Shown here: positions 1 to 11,529 of the stretch, one piece after another | Layout: each line of letters begins with the position of its first letter | Position numbering within the stretch: position 1 is the stretch's first letter | Source: Octopus sinensis | Taxonomy: Eukaryota | NCBI RefSeq assembly: GCF_006345805.1 | Contig: NC_043004.1 | Location: forward strand, 32,178,001-32,242,000 | Direction: 5' to 3' | DNA length: 64,000 nucleotides | Notes under the pieces: model-generated | The model's input: the letters and a program-made list of their open reading frames with translations, nothing else | Databases searched by the model: none | Told to the model about the DNA's origin: nothing | Program-made: the position numbers and the translations under genes

Positions 1-1420
1 GTATGTGACATCAACGATGTTTTTACACACACACACACACATACATATACACACACTCACAGATATATATATATATATATATATGCATACACAATAAAAG
101 CAATTAAGATTCAAGTCAATTCCAATGAATTTACTTGAATGCGGTACTTAACTTAGATGCACCAGAAAACTATATGGTGTTAACCATACAGTAATGTGGG
201 GTGATTATAAACAAGAAAGAAGCAACAAGAATGGATTAGTTTTTAGTACAATTGTTTCATACAATTAATAAAATAAAATAAAATAAGTTACTAAGACTTC
301 ATAATTCTATTACAAAATTAAATAAGTAATGCTACTCCCTTGAAAGTAGTATGAGAAATTTCAATATAATAGGCAACTCCCTCACACCTTGTAAACTAAC
401 TTCTAAGTTTTGACCTGTAGTCTGTCAATGTATAGATAGTAACAAAAATTTAAGACAGTAACAGTAATAAATAAATAAATAAATTTAAATGACCTCTTGT
501 TAGGATTGCACTTATTTTTTTCTCTTAATGTATTTCCTTTTGATGATAACCTTTGACCCCTCTATCCCTGACCTTGTTATCTCTTTAGATTCTCATATCT
601 GCTTTCAGCTACGTCAGGTTGGCAATAAATAGCTGTTTACTGGTCAAAAATAATATTCTCCTTATAGTTCTTAGATTCCTGCAAATTCGAAGCCAGCCAG
701 GCAGTCTACAAATTCTTCTGTGTAGTGGGTCACCTGCGACCCCTTTCCCTCTCAGTTGTCACAGTATACTCTATGTGGGCGTTTTTTCTTTTCTCCCTTC
801 TTTCCCTTTTTCTTTTTTTCTTTTTCTTTTTTCTTTTCCTTTTTCTTTTTTCTTTTTCTCCTTTTCCTTGTCTCTTTTCTTCTCTTTCCTTTCTTTTCTT
901 TTCTTTGCTCCACAAAAATTCCTTCAGCCTTTAGAAGTCATAACATAGCAGTCTTGTGAAGAGAACAGTAATGTGACAAATACCTTATCATATAGCATGA
1001 AATTATACCCACCTCATTGTGGATTAACCATGGATAAATTCATCGTCTGTGAGTATGAAATTCCTCCTCATATCTCTGGAAATTTACATCTACACTACGG
1101 ATTAATTCACCTTCTCTGTGAAGCTAATAAGTTTTTTTAAAAACCTGTGATAAGACTGTGCATCATCATTAAAGAACTTCGGAAGTCTGTTTACAACCTA
1201 AATCTGCTTTTAATGAAATTATCTCCAATACTTCATGAGTATAGCCTCACCCACTAAGATGTTTGGAGAACTCATATGTGTTTTAGCTGATGAGTACGGG
1301 ACACTTTTATCTGCTGCAATATTTGCAACTTTTAATAAAGCCTGTCTTTGTATGAAACAATTGTACTAAAAACTAATCCATTCTTGTTGCTTCTTTCTCA
1401 TTTATATGCATACACATATA

Positions 1421-1776
1421 TACTCTTTACTCTCTTTTACTCTTTTATTTGTTTCAGTCATTTGACTGCGGCCATGCTGGAGCACCGCCTTTAGTCGAGC
1501 AAATCGACCCCGGGACTTATTCTTAGTAAGCCTAGTACTTATTCTATCAGTCTCTTTTGCCGAACACTCAAACACAGACATACATATATATATATATATA
1601 TATACATACATATACGACAGGCTTCTTTCAGTTTCCGTCTACCAAATCCACTCACAAGGCTTTGGTCAGCCCGAGGCTATAGTAGAAGGCACTTGCCCAA
1701 GGTGCCACGCAGTGGGACTGAACCTGGAACCATGTGGTTGGTAAGCAAGCTACTTACCACACAGCCATTCCTGCGC
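1421..1776 (-). mobile_element. tRNA-derived SINE, family A (CORE-like ccttgggcaag body)
   Basis: Reverse complement of the copy at 20462-20858: tRNA-like head, internal (TA)n and a gtaaaagag tail. Confidence 0.88.
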
Positions 1777-1949
1777 TGTATAATATATGTATACACACAC
1801 ATATATTCTCTCAGTTTCTGTCTACCAGTTCCACTCACAAAGCTTTGGTTGGGCCAGGCCTAAGTAGAAGACATTTGCCAACGATGCTACACAATAGAAC
1901 TAAACCTGAAAGCATGTAGCTGGGAAGCAAATTTCTTCACCACACAGCT

Positions 1950-1992
<43 letters not shown>

Positions 1993-2062
1993 TAGTGTCA
2001 ACTATTTCAATGTATCATTAACATACAAATATTTAGTAGAGAAAAATGACCATAAAACATAC

Positions 2063-2204
2063 TTGCTTGTGGACCCAATACGTGGGAGCATGGTCACTAA
2101 ATTTAACAGCCAGCTGCAGAATTCCATCCTTCTCAAAACTGACTGGACTGCTGACCATAGAGTAGCCACCTATTCTACTGATGTTTGGGATCATCAGGTC
2201 AAGC
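2063..2204 (-). CDS. OXNAD1: OXNAD1-like oxidoreductase, coding exon 4 (142 bp); gene continues beyond the left edge
   Basis: tttatAG acceptor and GTATGT donor. Encodes (W)LDLMIPNISRIGGYSMVSSPVSFEKDGILQLAVKFSDHAPTYWVHKQ, which resembles vertebrate OXNAD1 [21 protein letters not shown]...LAVK...WVH (FAD-binding FR-type domain). Phase 2 in, phase 0 out. Confidence 0.92.
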
Positions 2205-2883
2205 CTATAAATCAAATGAGTAACTATCCATCAATGGGTTACGGTATGATGAGAACAGTGAAAAAGATGGCAATAATAGTTATAAATGGATACAGTGATA
2301 GAAATTGCCATGGAAGTGATAAATATAATCATCATCATCATCATCATCATAGTCATTTTAATGTTTATTTTTTTCCATTCTTGCATGGGTTAAACAGGAT
2401 TTGTTGAGGTAGATTTTCTGTGTCACCAGCCCTCACATGTTCTCAAGGTAGGTCATATTTCCTCATGGCCAGGCATGTTTTTGTGGAAGATTGCAAATGA
2501 AGGACATCACTATATGATGGCTATGCTTATTTACAGCTATCACACAATGTCAAGACAAGGAAATACACGCACACACACTCACACACACACACACACACAT
2601 ACTGTTCCTCATAGCAGAAGTGTTAAGGCCACTACTCCTAGTAAAGAGGATTGACCTACAAAAGTCATGTGCCAGTGTCACGTAAAAAGCACTCATGCCA
2701 GCGCCACAGTTAAAGCTCTCCTGTGATGCCACGTTAAAGGTACCCAATGCATACTGTAAAGTAGTTGATATTAGGAAGGGCATCCAGCTGAAGAAACCAA
2801 GCCAAATCAGACTGGAACCTGGTGCTGCTCCACAGCTTGCCAGCTTTGGTCAAACCCTCCAACCCATGCCAGCATGGAAAATG

Positions 2884-3151
2884 ATACACATCGCTAGTCA
2901 CAATGCGTTCGCATTGTTTTAGCCTTCGAATGACACCACCCCGCTGGCTAAGCGAGCAGGCCAACAGAAGAAATAGTGAGAGAAAGATTGGTGAAAGAGT
3001 ACAGCAGGGATCACCACCCCCTGCCGGAGCCTCGTGGAGCTTTTAGGTGTTTTCGCTCAGTAAACACTCACAACGCCTGGTCTGAGAATCGAAACCGCAA
3101 TCCTAAGACCGCGAGTTCGCTGCCCTAACCACTGGGCCATTGCACCTCCAC
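2884..3151 (-). mobile_element. tRNA(Arg)-like SINE
   Basis: Minus strand reads ggaggtgcaatggcccagtggttagggcagcgaactcgcggtc...ggtttcgattc, with A and B boxes and a TCG anticodon-like loop. Confidence 0.75.
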
Positions 3152-3533
3152 TATATATATATAGGCACACATACACATAAGAGAAAGAGTTTTTCCAAGT
3201 GCACAGCAGAAAATATTAATAATGATAGAGAAAATAGTCAGAAGACAGAAGTATCTTTCTTTTAATTCATATACACAGATACACCTGTATTTCCCTAAGG
3301 AAATGGTAGACACCAATAATCTTGCCTTTGTGTAAAACTCAAGAGTACTGAAGAATCTGAGAGTTCAGATTTATGCATTCACTCACTCAATTAATCAATC
3401 ACTCAATGATCTATCCACTCAATCAGTTACTCAGCCACTTGGTTGCTCAATATTGTTCATTTGTTCACTACCTTCTCACTCATTCACTCAATCACAGTAT
3501 CTATGAAACCTTATAGAAATTATATTAACTTAC

Positions 3534-3643
3534 CACTGGCCAGCTTTGAAAGACATATTCTTATAATGGTTGACATACAGCTTAAGGGATTTTACAGTCG
3601 GGGACAGAGACCAAACTTTATCAACTGATGCCGGACTGATAAC
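3534..3643 (-). CDS. OXNAD1: OXNAD1-like coding exon 3 (110 bp)
   Basis: ctacAG acceptor and GTAAGT donor. Encodes VISPASVDKVWSLSPTVKSLKLYVNHYKNMSFKAGQ(W), matching SPSVKSLRL...FSFKAGQW. The split TG|G codon joins exon 4 in frame. Confidence 0.92.
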
Positions 3644-3779
3644 CTGTAGAAAGCATAGAGCAAAGAATTAATAAACTCAATAAATGTAAGAGGGATAATA
3701 TTTCTGGAAAGATACATTTGATTAAATTTAAAAAAAACAAAAAAAACAGGAGAGTAGTGTCAATAAAACATACTAAACT

Positions 3780-4100
3780 GGCACTCTATCAGTTCTGACA
3801 ACAAGGATTCTGGTTGAGCTGAGCAATGGAACAGCCTGCTCATGAAATTAACATGCAAGTGGCTTAGCACTCTACAGACATGCGTATCCCTAACGTAGTT
3901 CTCAGGGAGATTCAGTGTGACACAGAATCTGACAAGGTTAGTTCTTTGAAATACAAGTACTACTCATTTTTGCCAGCTAAGTGGACTGGAGCAATGTAAA
4001 GTAAAGTGTCTTGCCCAAGAACACAATGCACCACCAGGAATTGAACTCACAACCTTACAACTCTGAGCTGAATACCCTAACCACTAAGCCATACACCTTC
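3780..4100 (-). mobile_element. tRNA-derived SINE, family C
   Basis: Homologous in reverse to 27983-28308 (tggtttagtggttagggtattcag head; gtgtcacactgaatct body). Confidence 0.8.
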
Positions 4101-4295
4101 ACCAATAAAACATAAATTATAACGTGAATTACTTTTGTCTCACTTAAGAGGTTGTCAGAATATCAATAAAATTGTCAGTTAACAATCAGAATTTCCCCCC
4201 TCCCCTCAATTATTTTGAATTTCAATTAAGTGTGGAGGACATGTGTGTTAGTTCATCTCACAAAAGAATGTTTTCTTCTTTCAGACTCTGATAGG

Positions 4296-4672
4296 CACAG
4301 GTATGGCTATGTGGTAAGAAGTTTGTTTCCCAGCCACATGGTTCTGGGTTCAGCCCCACTGTGTGGTACCTTGGGCAAGTGCCTTTTTCCATAGCACTGG
4401 ATTGATTAAAGCCTTGTGAATGGATTTGGTAGACAGAAACTGAAAGAAGCCCATCATATATATATTTATGTATGCCTTTGTGTTTGTCCCCTTCACTGCT
4501 TGACAACTGTTGTTGGTTTGTTTATGTCCCCAAACTTAGTGGTTCGACATAAGAAACCGATAGAATAAGTAACAGGCTTAAAAAGAAAGTACTGGGTTTG
4601 ATTCATTCAACTAAAACCCCTCAAATTAGTGCCCCAGCATGACTACAGTCCAATGACTGAAAAAATAAAAGA
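4296..4672 (+). mobile_element. SINE family A copy
   Basis: Same head, body and tail as 20462-20858, more diverged. Confidence 0.85.
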
Positions 4673-4678
4673 TGTGTG

Positions 4679-4895
4679 TATCAGGTTGGTGCAAATGTAA
4701 TGGCCAATTTTAAGGTCTCTATTAAAAATGAAACAGCCTATGATTAAGACAATATTTATTCATTAACATAATTTCCATTGCTTTTTAGAACTTCATTCCA
4801 TCTGTCAACAAGCTTATCAATGCCACACTTGTAAAATTGTTGAGATTTTGATGCAAAATATGAATCCAACTCATTTTCAACTTTTCTTGATGTCA
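4679..4895 (-). mobile_element. mariner-like transposon, 3' end fragment
   Basis: TA + TCAGGTTGGTGCAAATGTAATGG TIR. Minus strand encodes FASKSQQFYKCGIDKLVDRWNEVLKSNGNY, a mariner transposase C-terminus. Confidence 0.8.
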
Positions 4896-4934
4896 ACCTA
4901 AGACCATTCAAATGGTTCTATAGCCCCCAAAACA

Positions 4935-7158
4935 ATAAAGCAATTAAAAGTATGAAGACAAGGAAAGCCCCTAGCCCATCAAGAATTACTGCAGAGATGC
5001 TCAAAATATCTGGCAGTGTCAGCTAAAGCCTAGTCACACATATAGTTAACCAGGTGATACACAAAGAAGTCATACCCAATGACTGGTGTAGCAGCATAAT
5101 AGTCAACTGCTACAAAGGAAAAGGTGACGCTTTAGATATAAATAATTACAGAGGTATCAAGCTGTTGGATCAGGTAATGAAGATCATGGAGAGGGCCATA
5201 GCCCAACTAATTAGGGAGAGAGTCAGTATAGATGAGATGCAGTTTGGTTTCGTGCCAGAGAAAAGCATCACTGATGCTATATTTCTTGTAAGACAGCTGG
5301 AGGAAAAATACCTAGCCAAAGATAAGCCCCTGTACCTGGCTTTCGTTGACATGGAGAAAGCCTTCGACAGGGTCCCCCGATCCCTTATCTGGTGGTCAAT
5401 GAGGAAACTAGGGAAAGATGAATGGTTAGTGAGAGCCGTGCAAGCTATGTACAGGGATGCTGTCAGTAAGTTGAGGGTTGGCAACGAGTACAGTGAAGAA
5501 TTCAGAGTAGAAGTAGGGGTCCACCAAGGTTCAGTCCTCAGCCCCCTCCTATTTATCATAAATCTCCAGGCAATAACGGAGGAATTCAAGACAGGATGCC
5601 CCTGGGCGCTCCTCTATGCTGATGACCTTGTTTTAATTGCTGAGTCACTATCAGAACTAGAGGAGAAGTTTCAAGAATGGAAACAAGGATTAGAATCGAA
5701 GGGCCATAGAGTCAACCTAGCTAAAACCAAAGTCCTAATAAGTAGGAAGGCAGGCAAACCACAAACCCTTCAAGTAGATGGCCCTGCTCAATCTGTAGAA
5801 AACGCGTTGGTAGAAACTCTATAAGATGTACCCAGTTTAAGCTATGGACACATAAGAGGTCCAGCAATATCAAAGGAAGGCTAACTGAGAGGTTAGATTT
5901 TGTATGTGGCAGATGCTTGGGAGCAATAAATAACACTGAAAATGTGCAGAGAACAACTTCCACCACATTCCAGGTAGAAAAACTAGAAGTTGATAGCTTC
6001 CGTTACCTAGGTGACCAAGTCAGTAGTGGGGGAGGTTGCACTGAAAGTGTAGCGGCTAGAATAAGAATAGCATGGGCTAAGTTCAGAGAGCTCTTACCTC
6101 TGCTGGTGGCAAAGGGCCTCTCGCTCAGAGTAAAAGGTAGACAGTACGACGCATGTGTGCAAACAGCCATGCTATATGGCAGTGAAACATGGGCTGTAAC
6201 TGCTGAGGACATGTGTAAGCTCGCAAGGAATGAAGCCAGCATGCTCCGATGGATGTGCAATGTCAGTTTGCATACTCGACAGAGTGTAAGTGCCCTGAGA
6301 GAAAAGCTGGACTTAAGAAGCATCAGATGTGGTGTGCAAGAGAGATGACTGTGCTGGTATGGTCATGTGGTGAGAATGGAAGTGGACAGCTGTGTGAAAA
6401 AGTGCCACACACAAGCAGTTGAGGGAACCTGTGGAAAAGGTAGACCTAGGAAGACTTGAGATGAGGTGGTGAAGCATGACCTTCAAACATTGGGCCTCAC
6501 CGAGGCAATGACTAGTGACCAGGACCTCTGGAAATATGCTGTGCTTGAGAAGACTCAGAAAGTGCAAGTGAGACCATAACCTCGTGGCTTATGCCAGGGG
6601 TGTAACCAGTCCACTTATGCATACCTTTCCTTCATTGGACACTAAACTCTACTTGTGAAGACTTGTTGAGGCAAGTGAATCGAAATCAAAATCAAATTCA
6701 ATGACTGGCACCCGTGCTAGTGGAGTGCTAAGAGTACCATATGAGTGAGATCGTTGCAACAAACTGGCCTCCGTGCCAATGGCACGTTAAAAAACACCAT
6801 TTGAGCATGATCGTTACCTGCATTGCCTTACTAGCACCTGTGCTGGTGGCACATGAAAAAACCATTCAAGCAAGGTCGTTACCAGTGCTGCTGGACTGGC
6901 TCCTGTTCAGGTGGCACATAAAAAGCACCATCTGAACGTGGCTGTTGTCAGTACTGCCTGAGTGGCCCTCGTGCCAGTGGCATGTAAAAGCACCCACTAC
7001 AATTGGTGTCGTGGGTGTGTGTTAGGAAGGGCATCCAGCTGTAGAAACTCTGCAGATCAGATTGGAGTCTGGTGCAACCATCTGGTTCGCCAGACTTCAG
7101 TCAAATCGTCCAACCCATGCTAGCATGGAAAGTGGATGTTAAACAATGATGATGATGA
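4935..7158 (+). mobile_element. RTE-clade LINE, 5'-truncated, disrupted RT
   Basis: RT motifs NYRGIKLL, QFGF, AFVDMEKAFDRVP, HQGSVLSPLLF and LLYADD. Frameshifts and stops. 3' UTR ends in (GAT)n. Confidence 0.95.
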
Positions 7159-7169
7159 TACATACATAT

Positions 7170-7214
<45 letters not shown>

Positions 7215-7650
7215 CATATAACAACGAAAACTGGTATATTAATTAATTAATTATTTATTCTTATATGTATAAAATCCATAAAATATAGACATTGATAACT
7301 AATCAGCACATGTTTCAGCTGATTTACCAAGACTGTATCCATTTATAATTATATAATTAAATAATTAATCAATACAATCTATTTAACAAAATAGCTTCAT
7401 CAGGTAGTTTAAGAGAAAGTTCTTATTTACATCATGACTTATTCATTAATGTCTATATGTTTTGATTTCATAGATGTAAGAATAAATAATCAATTAATAT
7501 ACCGGTTTCCATTGTTAACTTTGTTTTATATTCTCTAGACTTGCATACATCATGTATTAAGACAAAAGTGATTATTCGAAATACTATATGTTCTTCAGAC
7601 CTCCTCTGAGACTTACTTTGTATCTACCTGGACTTATCTTCCAACTTTGA

Positions 7651-7654
<4 letters not shown>

Positions 7655-7708
<54 letters not shown>

Positions 7709-7988
7709 GTATACATATACATATATATATACACACACGTATACATATACATACATATATATATATACAATACATATACATACATATATATATATATATA
7801 CAATACATATACATACATATATATATAATATATATATATATATATACATACATATATATATACATACAAATATATATATGTACACAAATATATATATACA
7901 CACACAAACACATTATATATACACATATATATATATATATATATATAATATATATATATATATACACATATATATATATACATATATA
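7655..7988. repeat. long compound (TA)n/(CA)n microsatellite
   Basis: About 330 bp of TA/CA units; source of the spurious IY/YI-repeat ORFs. Confidence 0.97.
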
Positions 7989-7989
7989 C

Positions 7990-9490
7990 CATCATCATCA
8001 TCGTCACCGTCATTTAGTGTCTGCTTTCCATGCTGGCATGGGTTGGACAGTTTGACTGAGGGCTGGCGAGCCAGAAGGTTGCACCAGGCTCCAATCCGAT
8101 CAGGCAATGTTTCTACAGCTGGATGGCCTTTCTAATGCCAACCACTCTGAGAGTATAGTGGGTGCTTTTTACATGCCACCAGCATAAGGGCCAGTCAGGT
8201 GGTACTGACATTGGCCACGCTTGGATGATACTTTTTACTTGCCACCGGACAGGAGCCAGTCAGGTGGCACTGGCAATGACCATGCTCAAATGGTGTTTTT
8301 TACTTGCCACCAGCATGAGACCAATCAGCCGGCATTGGCACTGACCACACTTAAATGGTACTTTCTACATGCCGCTGGCACAGGTGCTAATCAGGCAGTA
8401 CTGTCATTGGCCACAACAACTTAACTTGCCTCAACAGGTCTTCGCAAGCACAGTTTATTGCCCAAATGATTGAAGGGTACTCTTAAATGGGCCAGTTATG
8501 CTGCACTGGCATAGGCCACGGTTATGGTCTCACTTGGCTTGCCAGGTCTTCTCAAGCGCAGCATATCTCCAAAGGTCTCAGTCACTTGTCATCACCTCGG
8601 TGAGGCCCCATCATTCAAAGGCCATGCTTCAACACTTCATTCCAGGTCTTCCTGGGTCTGCCTCTTCCACAGGTTCCCTCTACTTCTAGGGTGTGACTCT
8701 TTTTCACACAGCTGTCCTCATCCATATGCAACACATGACCATACCAGCACAGTCATCTCTCTTGCACACTACATCTGATGCTTCCTGTGTCCAACTTTTC
8801 TCTCAGGGCACTTACACTCTGTCATGTATGCACACTGAGATTACATATCCAGCGGAGTATACTAGCTTAATTCCTTGCAAGCTTATGCATATCCTCAGCA
8901 GTCATGGCCCATGTTTCACTGCCATGTAGCATGGCTGTTTGCACACAGACAACATACAATCTGCTTTTCACTCTGAGCGAGAGGCCCTTTGTCACCAGCA
9001 GAGGTAGGAGCTCTCTGAACTTTGCCTAGGCTATTCTTATTCTAGCAGCTACACTTTCAGAGCAACCAACCCCACTACTGACTTGAACACCTAGGTAATG
9101 GAAGCTATTAACTACTAGTAGTTTTCCCCGCTGGATGTAACGGAAGCTGTTTTCTGCCCATTTTCAGTGTTTATTGCTCCTGAGCATTTGCCACACACAA
9201 AAACCATTCTTTCAGTCAGTCTTCCTTTGATATTGCTGCACCTCTTATGTGTCCATAACTTACACAGGTACATCATATGGAGTTTCTACCTACGCCTTTT
9301 CTTCAAATCATGTAGGGCCATCTACCCGAAGGGATTTGTAGTTTATCTGCTTTCCTACTTATTAAGACTTTGGTTTTTGTTAGATTGACTCTAAGGCCCT
9401 TCAATTCTAGACCTTGCTTCCACACCTGAAACTTCTCCTCTAGTTCTGATAGTGGCTCAGCTATTAGATCAAGGTCATCAGCATTCTGAC
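7990..9490 (-). mobile_element. RTE-clade LINE fragment
   Basis: Reverse copy of the same family: (CAT)n tail at 7990, 3' UTR repeats, degenerate RT C-terminus (ELEEKFQVWKQGLELKGLRVN). Confidence 0.92.
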
Positions 9491-10033
9491 TTATAATTAA
9501 TATACAGATAGCTGATTCTTGGCTTATAATTAATATATAGATAGCATGTTTATCTTTCCAGTATGCCATAAGTAAATGGTCTGAGCAGTCTTTACAGAAA
9601 CCATCTAATAAGTAAATAATTAAGGAGATGAACGAATATTAAACTGATTCTATGTAATCTTTCCTTTTTAATGGTGAAAATTGATATATACACACATTTT
9701 ACCTATTTTGATTATGATATCATTTTTGATAATCTTAAATTTTATTTTATTTTTATACAACATAACAATATTGTTTATAAACAATCAACCTATAGTACTC
9801 CATGATAAAATTTCTTCTGTATTAACATCATAGGTTTTGTTAGCATCTTGCCCCTTCAACTGGTAATTAACATCATGATTTAGGGTCTTCTCCTACTCTG
9901 CCTCCTTTTATAGACAGTTACTCTATACCCAATTTACTACTAATGTCTTGGCAATATTTATGATAATATCTAGTCGTGAGCTGTCAACTCACTCTTCCCT
10001 TCATTCCAAACAGACACAGTTCTCTAGTTTTAG

Positions 10034-10777
10034 ATAGTCGTGATTCATATCGAGCCCTTCTGGGTATTAGCGCGCGTCTACGATGAGTCTATGATTTTAC
10101 AAATAATTTACCATCATTTTTTCCATTTTAATGCATATTTTTAAATAAAGGAAGTAGTAACTCTCAAACTTCACACCAATATGCGTGCTCATATGCGACG
10201 TAATATCACATCAGCAGCATTTCCTCACACCCTCCTTGCACTTGGCGAAGGCAAAATACCAGGGGATGAAAATGGTAATATTGCCATCGATTCCATTTGT
10301 ACCATTGTTAAGACGCCTTCTGATCTCAGAGATGCAGTGTTCCCAGATCTACAAGCTAATTATCAGAATATGGATTGGATTGGCAAAAAGGCTATACTGG
10401 CCCCGAGGAATAAAACTGTTCACACCATTTAATGATGAAATGCTAAAACTCATTCTTGGGGAAGTCTATGTATATCAGTCTATCGATACAACTCCTGACC
10501 CAGAGGACGTCATCAACTATCCAATAGAGGTACTCAATTCCTTTGAGCACCCCCGAACCACCACACTTTCTCAAACTTAAAGTTGGTGCCCCTATAATGC
10601 TCATCAGAAATTTGGTTTCCCCAAAACAATGCAATGGCACACGTTTTATCGTTAAGTCCTTATCTCCCACCGTAAACTTATATCAATATTTGCCTGAATA
10701 ATCATCATAATTCAGTGCAATCATTAACAGTACTTTCAAGCAATTCAGCCCCGAGCAACGCCGGGCAATTCTGCTAG
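10034..10777 (+). mobile_element. Helitron derivative with PIF1-like helicase fragment
   Basis: Encodes LLALGEGKIP...AILAPRN...SID...YPIEVLNS...LKVGAPIMLIRN...CNGTR. 3' hairpin cccgagcaacgccggg then CTAG|T. Confidence 0.92.
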
Positions 10778-10819
10778 TATATATATAAATGTATGTATAT
10801 ATGTATATATTTATATATA

Positions 10820-11441
10820 TTGGGTTGTCCAGAAAGTTCGTGCCGATTTATAGTAGCTTACCTTTTGACTTATTTTAGAACATGGTTGAGTCCATAAAAT
10901 AGGATTTGACTACACCTCCATTTAGAGCATGGTTTAAGCTATCTTTTCGTGGAAGAAGGTTTATGTTCCTATAACCTGTGTTAATTCCATAACCCTTTAA
11001 ACTGGAATATAAGAAAGTTCATTTTCAGCACTTGATGCTTTTATTTTTCCATAAAAAAAGGGAAAAATGCCTCACCAGCAACCAAAGAAATATGCGTGGT
11101 TTACGGTGATGTTTCTTCATCCGAAAGAACTGTATGGAAGTGGTTCACAAGGTTCCAAGCTGAAGATTGTAGCCTTATTGATAAATAGCGATCAGGCAGA
11201 CCATCCACTACAGATGATGACCAAACCAAGTCATTAACTGAGAATAACCCACATTGCACAACCTGAGAATTGGCAGAAAGCCTCAACCTATCAAAATCTG
11301 TCATTCATGAGCACCTGGTAAAGCTTGGGTACACAAATCCCTATGATATTTGGGTACCACATGAGTTGAGTGAGAAGAACCTTTTGGATTGCATTTCCAT
11401 CTGTAATTCACTTTATAAACAGAATGAAAATGTGCCTTTTT

Positions 11442-11443
<2 letters not shown>
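10820..11443 (+). mobile_element. mariner-like transposon, 5' portion
   Basis: TA|TTGGGTTGTCCAGAAAGTTCG TIR. Encodes RSGRPS...ELAESLNLSKSVIHEHLVKLGY...IWVPHELSE (WVPHEL motif). Confidence 0.92.
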
Positions 11444-11472
<29 letters not shown>

Positions 11473-11529
11473 GAATGTATGTATATATGTACGTATATAT
11501 GCCAATATATATATACACATATAAAGGTT

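Noticed and set aside
619-959. F/S/L-rich and K/R-rich ORFs
   Set aside because: Low-complexity T/C tract at about 785-905.
7584-8135. Several 80-160 aa ORFs rich in I/Y/C/H
   Set aside because: Translations of the (TA)n/(CA)n microsatellite.
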